From Diplonema japonicum (taxonomy: Eukaryota; Protista; Euglenozoa: Diplonemea), in assembly GCA_964019335.1 (NCBI GenBank), contig OZ025676.1, positions 62,001 through 126,000 on the forward strand: a stretch of DNA of 64,000 bases. The letters run 5' to 3'. This document shows positions 20,497 to 29,445 of the stretch, one piece after another. Each line of letters opens with the position of its first letter. The stretch's first letter is position 1. The position numbers and the translations under genes were made by a program. The notes under the pieces were generated by a model. That model saw nothing but the letters and a program-made list of their open reading frames with translations. It was not told where the DNA came from and searched no databases.

Positions 20497-20700
20497 TTAC
20501 GCAAGAACCTTGCACATGGTCTTGCACTCCCTCCTGGCAATCAGCTTCTTCGCCTTCCCGTTGCACCTAGAGGGAGACCTGGACCTGGACCTGGACCTGG
20601 ATCTTCCCCTTCCCCTGCGCCTCCTCCTCTCAAGGAGGTCACCCGAAGTTTCGAACATGCCACCCATAGCGTTCAGGCCACCCATCATGAATGAAGGCAT
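20497..20700 (-). CDS. Small basic Arg/Ser-rich peptide, copy 3 (67 aa, divergent N-half)
   Basis: MPSFMMGGLNAMGGMFETSGDLLERRRRRGRGRSRS...; C-terminal half identical to copies 1/2 at protein level, with a different stop codon. Confidence 0.8.
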   Translation of the reverse strand: MPSFMMGGLNAMGGMFETSGDLLERRRRRGRGRSRSRSRSRSPSRCNGKAKKLIARRECKTMCKVLA

Positions 20701-20757
20701 AGTGTAGTACGTATCCTGGAGGTAGATATCTCGAGTGAAACGAAATACAAAAAGCTA

Positions 20758-22545
20758 TCATAGCTGGGAAGGGTTAGAAGAGCCTCGAGAAAGGGATCCC
20801 CGCGACGTGTCTGGGGACTTGCTGCCAGAGGGCTTTGTAGGCCTTTTGGCTGTCGGGTGGCTGTCGTCGCTGTTCATGTCCTCGTAAGAGTCCAAAACAG
20901 AGCCGGCGACATGGTTGCCATCAGGTTGGTCCTCGTGGCTGCTGTTGCCTATGGGCAGCTCTTGTTCTGTATCACATACTTCCGCATGTACGGTCTGCAC
21001 CTTGTCACCCACATCATCGGCTGCCTCAGCTTCTTCAACGAGTGGCTTGTTGGTCCCCTCTATCACTGAGTCTTTCCTATGTTCGAAGGAAGCGGTATTT
21101 AAAATGTCGTCCTTTTGCATCACCTCGTGTGGGGCGTTTGTGATGCTTTCACTATCCTTCTTATGTAAGTCAAGTGGGTCCAGTGCACCGACCAGTGGTA
21201 TGGAGGCCTTATTGGGCGATGTGGAGGGTGTGGGTAGAACTGCCGGGCTTGGGCTCTTCCTGTTGTGCATCACAGCCACAGTGGGGTTCAGGAGCGTACT
21301 TTCTGAAGGGCTCCTGGCGCCTTTTCTGTGTTTTGTGATCGCCACACGTGTGTTGATGTTGGCTGACCGCACCATCTCCTTTAGTACCTCGTTCGCCACC
21401 TTCATCTCCTCCAGTTCTTTCTTCAACGCTGGCGGGCTGCTTTGCTTTGCAAGCACCTTGAGAGCTGTGTTTTCTTCCCTAAGCTTTTTAAGCTCTAGTA
21501 CGCGCTCATGCTCTTGCTGAGATGTGATCTTGACCTTCTGTTTCTTCATGAACTCCCTCTTCAGCTTCGTTCTGTCGTCCTCGAGAAACACTATCTTCTC
21601 TGTCAAAAGTTTCACTTGCTCCTTCAAGATCTTCTGTTGTTTCACGGCCCGCAGCCCGTGGTCAGCTTGTTGCACCATTTGGTTCGTTATTTGCTGCGAA
21701 GCAGCTAACTTCGCTTTCAGTTTGTCGTTTTCGGACTTGGTCCTGTCCGTGATTTCTTTGTAGTCAGTTAATATAGCGCCTTGGTCCTTGTACCTTGCGG
21801 CAAGTGCCTCGTAGCGCGTCTTCTCTACAGCTAAGTGAGAAGAAACTACATCTTTTTGGGCATGCCTGGTGCCCTCTTCTTGGTCTAACCGTATTTTCAG
21901 CTTCTGGTACTGTGCAGTGAGGGTTGTCAGCTGGGCACACATCTCATCGGCCTGAGCCTTCGCCTCGGCCATCTCTTGCAGCTCTGTTGTCCTTTCTTCG
22001 AGCTCCATCGACTTCTCCTTCAGCGCTGCTGATACCTCGTCAGCCTTCCGTTCCGATTGTTGGTATCTCTCGCGCACTTCCCCCAGCTCCATGGAAGCAT
22101 ACTCCAGGCTATCCTGCGTCGTCTTCAGCTTAGTCGTAAGCCCTTCTATCTCCGACTTCAATGCTATCGCCTCTGTGTCAATTGCTGAGGATTGCCTCCT
22201 GGCCAACTTCTCAGACTTCTTCGTCTCTTCCAATTCACCCTCCGCGTGCATCAACTCGTCCTCCGCCTGGGTCTTCTCCAAGATGGCCTTTGCTTCCCTT
22301 TCCCTGTATGAATCGATGTCTGCCCTCAGTAGTTCCACTTCGTCTTCCAGCAAGGACGTCCTTTCGTGTGCCCTTTTCAGCCTTTGTACCTCCTCCCGCA
22401 GTGCCTCCGTCTCCGGAAGCAGGTCCGTCACCTCCTGGTGACTCGACAGCTCTAACACCCGGTCGTCTGCGATCCTAAGCTCTTCTCGCAATTCCATCAG
22501 ATCCATGTTACTATACTCTCTCTGTAAAGAGTCTGTAATTATCAT
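20758..22545 (-). CDS. Long coiled-coil protein
   Basis: E/K/L heptad-rich ~400 aa followed by a disordered tail; alternative start at 22506. Confidence 0.8.
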   Translation of the reverse strand: MIITDSLQREYSNMDLMELREELRIADDRVLELSSHQEVTDLLPETEALREEVQRLKRAHERTSLLEDEVELLRADIDSYREREAKAILEKTQAEDELMHAEGELEETKKSEKLARRQSSAIDTEAIALKSEIEGLTTKLKTTQDSLEYASMELGEVRERYQQSERKADEVSAALKEKSMELEERTTELQEMAEAKAQADEMCAQLTTLTAQYQKLKIRLDQEEGTRHAQKDVVSSHLAVEKTRYEALAARYKDQGAILTDYKEITDRTKSENDKLKAKLAASQQITNQMVQQADHGLRAVKQQKILKEQVKLLTEKIVFLEDDRTKLKREFMKKQKVKITSQQEHERVLELKKLREENTALKVLAKQSSPPALKKELEEMKVANEVLKEMVRSANINTRVAITKHRKGARSPSESTLLNPTVAVMHNRKSPSPAVLPTPSTSPNKASIPLVGALDPLDLHKKDSESITNAPHEVMQKDDILNTASFEHRKDSVIEGTNKPLVEEAEAADDVGDKVQTVHAEVCDTEQELPIGNSSHEDQPDGNHVAGSVLDSYEDMNSDDSHPTAKRPTKPSGSKSPDTSRGSLSRGSSNPSQL

Positions 22546-22621
22546 TTTGTGTAAATGCTGTGTGCATTCAACGCGGAATATGTCCGAGCGGTGTATAACT
22601 TCTATCTAGTTCTGCTAAAGT

Positions 22622-25375
22622 TTACTTCTTAAGAGCAGGCCTAGGGGCGGGGGAGGGCCGGGAGCGTCTGCGTTCCGGTGACGCAGCGTTGTTAGCTGTC
22701 GTGATCTGCTCTTTGAGAGAGTTGAGGCCTTTGCTGATGAAGCTTTTGGTGCGTTTCCGTTTTGGTGGGGACGTGGTTTGGGGTTTATGTGGAGTGCTTG
22801 GGTCCGGCTGCCGGTTAGCTTCTGGTTGGCGGGATTTCGTGATGTCGATGGCGGCATCTTTTGCCTGCGCACCGAGGTTTTTAGCGGCAGTTGCAGCAGC
22901 CTTCGTCTTCTGCTCTGCCTCTGCGGCAGTTTGTTTGATGAGGTTGCCTGCCTCCCTAGCAAGGACCTGCACGCCTGAGGTGGAGAATATATCGACGCCT
23001 TCTATGTTTCTGTACTCGTTACGTACCTCAGTGTGTTCGTCAATGAGGGCCTTGAAGGAGTCATGTGTGTAGTAAGGCCGTTTCGACGACCCGTCATTCA
23101 CGTCCATATCGTAGCAGAAACACATGAGGAAGGAGTCCATCGTGGAGTTAGTTATCTGTGCGTAGAGGGTCGCAATGAAGAAACCGTTCGCCAAGCTGAT
23201 CACCATCACTGTGACAGGGTTCACCACATTGCTCCCCAGGTCTGTGTAGAACAGGAAAAGCGTTGCGGTCAGCAGGGTCAGGGATAGGATCCCCAATCGC
23301 CCGAACAACGCAACCGTCTCGCTCACTTCTGCTACAATGCGTATCTTCAGGCGTTGATCTGCATACAGCGACTCTGCGCGTTTTGCAGCATTCAGGAAAT
23401 CCGTCCCTTCAATGCTCTGAATGACGAAGGCGTCCCTCCTGACGAGCTTCAAAAATTTATCAAACAACAGCAGAACGTGCTGTATAAGGCAAGTAAAGTA
23501 CGAGATGAACTTGTTAATTTCGTTGATCTTATTCAGCACAGCCCGCATCCGCAGCTGTATCTTGTCAAGCAGCCCGCGTATCGACTCGAAGGCGGTCAGC
23601 ACCGCAGCCCCTATACAATAAGACCCAACATGGAATCGTACCGACGTTAAGGTCACAGGGATGCCTGTCTTTGGAGGCTCCTTGGGCTCCCCCTTGGCAC
23701 TGAAGTACCACATGACGCTCATGAAGCACGTGATGTTGTAGCCGAAAATATTCAGAAAGCCCATTGTCAGCGTGAACACGATGATGCATAGCACCTGCAG
23801 GGTGCCCCTTAGTACGTGCAGCTCCATGGTCGCAGGCTTGATGTGATACGGCTCCGCGTTTCTTGCTATATTCGTGTAGAGGCCGTTGTCGTTACCAGAG
23901 ACGAGGTAGATGCTACCCACGAAGAGAGTCACCACGAACGACGTTGCCGCCAAAGCGAGCTGTGACACCCACATGGCAGGCGCAACGAAAGCAATGCCAG
24001 GGGACTCCTTCAGCACCTTGTTCGCCTCATTCATCATCTGCGAAGCGATTCTCACCTTCTTTCTCAACCGCAGGCAGAGAAGGCCGTTCACAATTCCCAC
24101 TATAAGCACCAGCCACGCCATAGTTCTCATCTGCCCTGCGTACTCGTGTTGCGCTGTTTCCTTGTGTGCTATTTCGTCTGCCTCGTGAAGAGTGATGATG
24201 CCTGTCGCGGTGGCTGTCGTCAGCAGCACTGCAACACTGCCCCACGCTACATAAAACGGTGACTTCATCATGAGGAAAAGATATACTTCGCCATAAAGGA
24301 ACGTGGCGAGCGCACCAATGAGCAGCACCATCCGACCAGAGTACAGATCTGAGGTGAAGCGAAACCACCAGTCATCCACGAAGGGGGAGTCATGCATCAC
24401 CTGATTGGCAAGTTCTACCACTGCCTCGTCAACATCGCTGTTGTTCCTCCACACGTTCGGCATGCACAGGTGGTGCAGCACGATGGAAGGGTACATCACA
24501 CGGAAGGCCCTCACACAACCTACGTTGCTGTCTGCGTTGCAGTAATTTCTGTTCCTGCACAAATAATTGTTGTAGCAATTGCTGCCTTTAGAGATCTCGG
24601 CATCCCACATGTACTGCTTCACAGCGTTCTCCGTCCGGTCGACCCTGTTCCACCTCGCACCAGGAACGAAGGTGGGGCACTCCGTGACACAGATTGCGTA
24701 CTTTTTCACATTTTCAATCCCTTCGCCAAGCTCCTTGGGGTCGATAGGGTACCAGAGATACTTCCGGGACTTCATACTGCTGCCTAACAGGAGAGCCTCT
24801 GGGGGAGCTATCGTTGGGTCTGTACCGCACATATTGCCTAGGAAGTCGGTGTCACCTGTGCCGAGGACTGCGAGGTCGCCTTCGAGGATGCCAAAGATGA
24901 GGCAGAAGACAACAAAGGTCCAGAAGAGGCAGAGGATGTTCCATGCTCTGGAGTCAGTAGACGAGCGGCGTTTGGGATTCAAGCAACCACCTTTAGGAAC
25001 ACGAAGCCAGGGCTTAACAAATGCACCCTTGGTACACGTAGAGGTAACATCTAGACCGAACCTGTCGTGGTCAGGACGGCCGCCATGCCAAGGCTGAGGG
25101 CTCGCTACCCACTCAGGGGGACCTACAGTGAGCAACACGTGGTCTCCTGCCTCAAGCTTCTTATGCGTCAACATCGACGGCGGTGCCATCATCTCTTTTG
25201 GGATCTCCAACTTCTCGTCGCTCTCCTTTTCTTCTTTATCGTCAGGATCGTTTGGATCCTTTTCCTTGCCCTCTTCATTTCTCTCTTCATTCTCGTCCTC
25301 TCCCTCATCGCTCATCAGCGCCATTTCCTCCTCTTGCATTACTGCCCTCCTTCTCCGTCGCTTTGGCGGGTCCAT
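22622..25375 (-). CDS. Choline transporter-like (CTL/SLC44) protein
   Basis: RSSTD, GDTDFLGNMCG, ICVTECP, RFHVGSYCIGA, GTDFLNAAKRA, DSFLMCFCYD motifs; ~10 TM helices. Confidence 0.92.
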   Translation of the reverse strand: MDPPKRRRRRAVMQEEEMALMSDEGEDENEERNEEGKEKDPNDPDDKEEKESDEKLEIPKEMMAPPSMLTHKKLEAGDHVLLTVGPPEWVASPQPWHGGRPDHDRFGLDVTSTCTKGAFVKPWLRVPKGGCLNPKRRSSTDSRAWNILCLFWTFVVFCLIFGILEGDLAVLGTGDTDFLGNMCGTDPTIAPPEALLLGSSMKSRKYLWYPIDPKELGEGIENVKKYAICVTECPTFVPGARWNRVDRTENAVKQYMWDAEISKGSNCYNNYLCRNRNYCNADSNVGCVRAFRVMYPSIVLHHLCMPNVWRNNSDVDEAVVELANQVMHDSPFVDDWWFRFTSDLYSGRMVLLIGALATFLYGEVYLFLMMKSPFYVAWGSVAVLLTTATATGIITLHEADEIAHKETAQHEYAGQMRTMAWLVLIVGIVNGLLCLRLRKKVRIASQMMNEANKVLKESPGIAFVAPAMWVSQLALAATSFVVTLFVGSIYLVSGNDNGLYTNIARNAEPYHIKPATMELHVLRGTLQVLCIIVFTLTMGFLNIFGYNITCFMSVMWYFSAKGEPKEPPKTGIPVTLTSVRFHVGSYCIGAAVLTAFESIRGLLDKIQLRMRAVLNKINEINKFISYFTCLIQHVLLLFDKFLKLVRRDAFVIQSIEGTDFLNAAKRAESLYADQRLKIRIVAEVSETVALFGRLGILSLTLLTATLFLFYTDLGSNVVNPVTVMVISLANGFFIATLYAQITNSTMDSFLMCFCYDMDVNDGSSKRPYYTHDSFKALIDEHTEVRNEYRNIEGVDIFSTSGVQVLAREAGNLIKQTAAEAEQKTKAAATAAKNLGAQAKDAAIDITKSRQPEANRQPDPSTPHKPQTTSPPKRKRTKSFISKGLNSLKEQITTANNAASPERRRSRPSPAPRPALKK

Positions 25376-25499
25376 GTTTTTGGCACATTACCGTTTTCCC
25401 CCTTTATTAAGTTTACAAATGTGGCCTTTTAAAATACGAACTTATACAGGATCGTGTTACTGACCACAATGAAACCGAACAAAAAGAAGCATGCGCGTG

Positions 25500-27521
25500 C
25501 TACTCCGATGCACACAGCAGCTCAAACCTTGATGCAGACAAGCTAGATGCCACGCTGTACGGATAATACTCCGCCCCAAGAGGCTCTTGGTAGGCAGGGA
25601 GAACCGTCTCGTACTCGGGGCACGGGTGATTGTGGGTTGGGCTCAGGGGCGCAGCAGTCTCTTCTGAGAGGGCTGTGAGTTGCAACATCATATCGAGCAT
25701 GCGGGGTCGTTTCGCGGGGTCGAGATTCCAAGCGGGTGAAATGACCGAGTTCCATATTTTCTCTGACAAAGGGTCCTCAGCAGCTACAGGATAGGGTGGT
25801 GCTGGGGTCTTGCCTTGGAGGAGCTCCTCTTTCACAACGTCAGCGAATGGCCGTGAGCTATTCATAAGGAAGGAGAATGGCGTGCCTCCTTCCATGACTT
25901 CCCACAACAGCATCCCAAATGACCATACATCGTGTGCAGGTGATGCATGATACGGTGAAAGAAGTGCCTCAGGAGGCGCCCACGGGATGCAAATCACAGG
26001 CCCCCCTGCACCCTCTGTTGTCAGCGATCCGACATCGCCCAGCTTATAAGTTCCGTTCTGCGCCAGCAGCACATTTCTCGCCGCAACATCGAGGTGCACC
26101 ATGCGTGGCGTCCTGCTATGGATGTATGCCAGCGCAGGTGCTATTGCCAGTCCTACATCCAAAGCGACCTTCCCTCGCTCAGACGGGCGTAAGTTGTCGT
26201 TGCGTATGAACGACGTAAGCGTCCCTCCTGGGCAAAACTCCGTGACCATCCATATGGTGTCGTGCTCCCTTTTTACCCATCCGTAGAAGTTCACAACAGC
26301 ATTGTGCCGCAGCCGATGCAGCTGCAGCGTCTCCTTGATAAAGGCTCTCAGTCTCCTCAGCTTCGTGATTTTGGGTTCATTACAAACGGTGTGCAGCTCT
26401 TTCACGGCAACGCTCTCACGTGTCAAGGTGTACATTGCCTTATAAACACTCCCGAAGCTGCCCCTGCCGATATGGGTGAGGTTCTCCAGCCGCGAAGGGT
26501 GGATTTGGAGGTCGCGGGGTAGTTCGTTCTCAAGTACTCGCACTTCGTCAGAAAGGCGTGTCACTAGCAGCACTTTGCGTGTCTCAGCCTCATTCTGCAC
26601 GATGAGATTGCGTGCAATCTGCTCGATCTCGAGCACGGCAGCACCGCTAGAGCCGCTTATTGTTTCGTGTGCTATATGCATCGCGGCAGGCTTGGACAAC
26701 TCAAGCACCTCGTTAACGTCGTTCATATCTGCCCTGAGGTACAGCATGCGTGCCAAGGACCCCGCAGCCCCACCGTGCACAGGCGGTGGAGTGTGAGCAA
26801 CTCTCAGGTACAAAAGCAGCAGGCTGAGCAATGATTGGATGCACCTATCCTCTATCGCACTGAAGGACAGTAGGTGGTGGTGCAGCCCAGCCCGCTTCCA
26901 AATCACAACTAAATCACTTGTGCTGCTCACAGTAGAGTACTGCATCAGCATGAACGCCATAACGTTAGATGCGAGGACCAAATGCCGTGTGCTAGCTTTG
27001 TTCATGATCTCGCCTAGACATGTGTAAGGGGTGTTCGACAGGAAGATCCTATGTATTCGCTCGGCGTGGCCGTGGTAGCCAAGCAACGTCAAGATCTCTA
27101 AACAGTGAGTCGCCGAACGCAGCCACAGGTGCTCGTGACTTCGCTGCATGGAGCTGAGAAGGCTGTGCAGAGCTGCGATGCTTGAAAGTGTGGAGAGGGC
27201 GAGGGCACCCAACTTGTATTTAGCTAAGCAGCCCATGACCCTGAGGATCTCGCTGTAGTGGGCTGGGTCAGAAGCGTTGAAGACATCATACAGAGCGACG
27301 GCGCCCTCATTCCTTATGAACTCCTCGATGAACTGGAGCCCGTTGTCCCCACTTATCTTTGAGCACAGCGTGTACATGACAACGTTGATGCTGCGCAGCA
27401 GATCTTCTTCCCTGCTTTGCTTCAGCCGAAGCTCTTTTAGTGCCGCCTTTGCAGCAAGCTCGTCCCTGCATCTTTCCAGCACAGCCACACCTTCTTTGCC
27501 TGTCTCGAACGCACTCTGCAT
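25500..27521 (-). CDS. Protein kinase with Tyr-kinase/TKL-type signature and N-terminal helical (ARM/GBD-FH3-like) region
   Basis: IGRGSFGSVY, VAVK, HLDVAARNVLL, LGDVG, IPWAPPE, DVWSFGMLLWE. Confidence 0.88.
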   Translation of the reverse strand: MQSAFETGKEGVAVLERCRDELAAKAALKELRLKQSREEDLLRSINVVMYTLCSKISGDNGLQFIEEFIRNEGAVALYDVFNASDPAHYSEILRVMGCLAKYKLGALALSTLSSIAALHSLLSSMQRSHEHLWLRSATHCLEILTLLGYHGHAERIHRIFLSNTPYTCLGEIMNKASTRHLVLASNVMAFMLMQYSTVSSTSDLVVIWKRAGLHHHLLSFSAIEDRCIQSLLSLLLLYLRVAHTPPPVHGGAAGSLARMLYLRADMNDVNEVLELSKPAAMHIAHETISGSSGAAVLEIEQIARNLIVQNEAETRKVLLVTRLSDEVRVLENELPRDLQIHPSRLENLTHIGRGSFGSVYKAMYTLTRESVAVKELHTVCNEPKITKLRRLRAFIKETLQLHRLRHNAVVNFYGWVKREHDTIWMVTEFCPGGTLTSFIRNDNLRPSERGKVALDVGLAIAPALAYIHSRTPRMVHLDVAARNVLLAQNGTYKLGDVGSLTTEGAGGPVICIPWAPPEALLSPYHASPAHDVWSFGMLLWEVMEGGTPFSFLMNSSRPFADVVKEELLQGKTPAPPYPVAAEDPLSEKIWNSVISPAWNLDPAKRPRMLDMMLQLTALSEETAAPLSPTHNHPCPEYETVLPAYQEPLGAEYYPYSVASSLSASRFELLCASE

Positions 27522-27634
27522 TTCATCAAACCAACCTACACCTAGACAGAATGGAAAAAAAAAAAAATCAAGGAAATGTATGATATCAAAATGCAAAAAA
27601 AAAAAAAAAAAAAAAAAAAATCTTTTTCCCACAG

Positions 27635-28255
27635 TTATTGTTTATTCGACTTTTTGGTGTCGGAGTGGAAGGAGAAGTGGTCGTTGTCAGCACGCGGCAC
27701 ATCCTGAGCCTCTTTGAGGACCATGATGTTAGACACCATACGGATGCACACATATGGCGGGCTGCCTTCCGATACCACTTCAGAGAAGACCGTCACATGC
27801 CTTGAGTTTCGTGAGTAGTGTTGAATGAGACTCCTGATGAAAGCTTTGCCATGAAGCGAGACCTCTTTAGCGTGGGCACACTGCAGAGAGCGTGTGATGG
27901 TGGCAGGACGTGTCTGGTATTTCTTTTCCGTTTTCATGTAAAGGGAGGCGGACAAAGAAGCATGAGCTTCTAAAACTGACCCCCATGACCCTATTTTAAC
28001 TGCTTGCTGTGTCGAATCGTTGAAGGGCATCACCCAACTGAAAATCTCGCCGTTGGTGTCGTGGTTTGGCCCTTCCCACACTTCGGTGTCTCCTTCCCAC
28101 TTCACCTTTGTGTATCTCCCTTCTTGTGAATACACAATGACCGATGGGGGCACGTGAGACATCGTATCGCCTTTCACACTGTGGCCAGGACCCATTTGAT
28201 CTAGTAAACCTCTCTTCTGCCCCCGTGCTACAACCCGTCTTAGATTTTTTAGCAT
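27635..28255 (-). CDS. Hypothetical protein, possibly mitochondrial, possibly HotDog/thioesterase fold
   Basis: Basic amphipathic N-terminus MLKNLRRVVARGQKR; helix followed by beta-strand pattern (fold call is weak). Confidence 0.55.
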   Translation of the reverse strand: MLKNLRRVVARGQKRGLLDQMGPGHSVKGDTMSHVPPSVIVYSQEGRYTKVKWEGDTEVWEGPNHDTNGEIFSWVMPFNDSTQQAVKIGSWGSVLEAHASLSASLYMKTEKKYQTRPATITRSLQCAHAKEVSLHGKAFIRSLIQHYSRNSRHVTVFSEVVSEGSPPYVCIRMVSNIMVLKEAQDVPRADNDHFSFHSDTKKSNKQ

Positions 28256-29445
28256 TTTCTCTCACTGCATTTGGGTTCCTGAAAGAATGGTGGTTGCGGC
28301 TTCCGGAAGAAAGAAGAAGAAGAAAAAAAAAACATGAAGATGGTTCAAGAAAGACAAGAAAAGGAACTGATTTCCCCATCGGGGAAAGAAAAAAAAAAGA
28401 AGGAAAAAAAAAAAAGAAAGGGATGAACTAGCTAGAGCGTCTTACTCTGGCAATAATAAAAAAAAGGAATAGAAAGAGAACGTCACTCTTTGTGTGCGCC
28501 TCTATCTGTTAATGCACTTTTAAAAAAAAAATAAAGGGGGAACCTAAGTCTCATATCTATAAATACCGTCAAGCTAAGTCCGGAGGAGTATCTTAAAAGG
28601 GCTTGGAATTTTCCTCCTCAAAAAGTTGAGGTGACAGGAAAAAAAAGAGCTTTTAGTTGCTTCATAACCCGCTGGAGTATGAGCAACTTCTTATCGGCTC
28701 CCCATCCAAAAAAAAAAAAAAAAAAAAAAAAGTTTCGAAATTCATTTAATACCCATACTACTTTTTTTTTTTTTTTTTTTTTTCCCATTCTAATTTTTCT
28801 TTTTCTTCCATTGGGTTTTATTTTTTGTAAATCAATAGTTATTATTATTATTATTATTATTTTATTTTTTTTTTTTTTTGCTTTCGTGTTCCCCTTTTTT
28901 TTCCCCTTCTGGTTATTATTACATTTACAGGGTAATAAGTGAATTTCAGCTTTTTTTTTTTTTTTTTTTGGATACTAAGTGACCCCAAAGAAAAAGGAGA
29001 CTTGTTGGTAAGCGCACACCCCTTCGTCGCCTACTTGGTGCTAATTGTTGGGAGAAAAAAAAAAGGGGGGGGAAGAAGAAATGGTGGACGGAACAGAACG
29101 ACACTGTTGTGCGCACATGACATGGAAATGCCAAGGCGTCTCCTTCAGTTTCTCAATATTTAAAAAAAAAAAAAAAAAAAGACTTTAAGTTTCTGAAATA
29201 CTCAAAGTCCGCCCTGGTTTTTAAATGCTCAAACTAGACAAGCAGCCAGCAAAATCTCCCAAAACCGCCACCCAAGTGTGTCCTCATGGGTTTCGCGTGT
29301 CTCAGAGAACACCGCATAAGCAACGATCTTTTTCACTGGGTGTAGGCATTTTAAAAGAGCTGCAGGACTGTGTGTGGGGGGAGAAGGTTGTTGAAGCCAG
29401 GTAGGGCATTTTCCTTGACCATTTTATGTAGCTGTTTGTCAGCCG

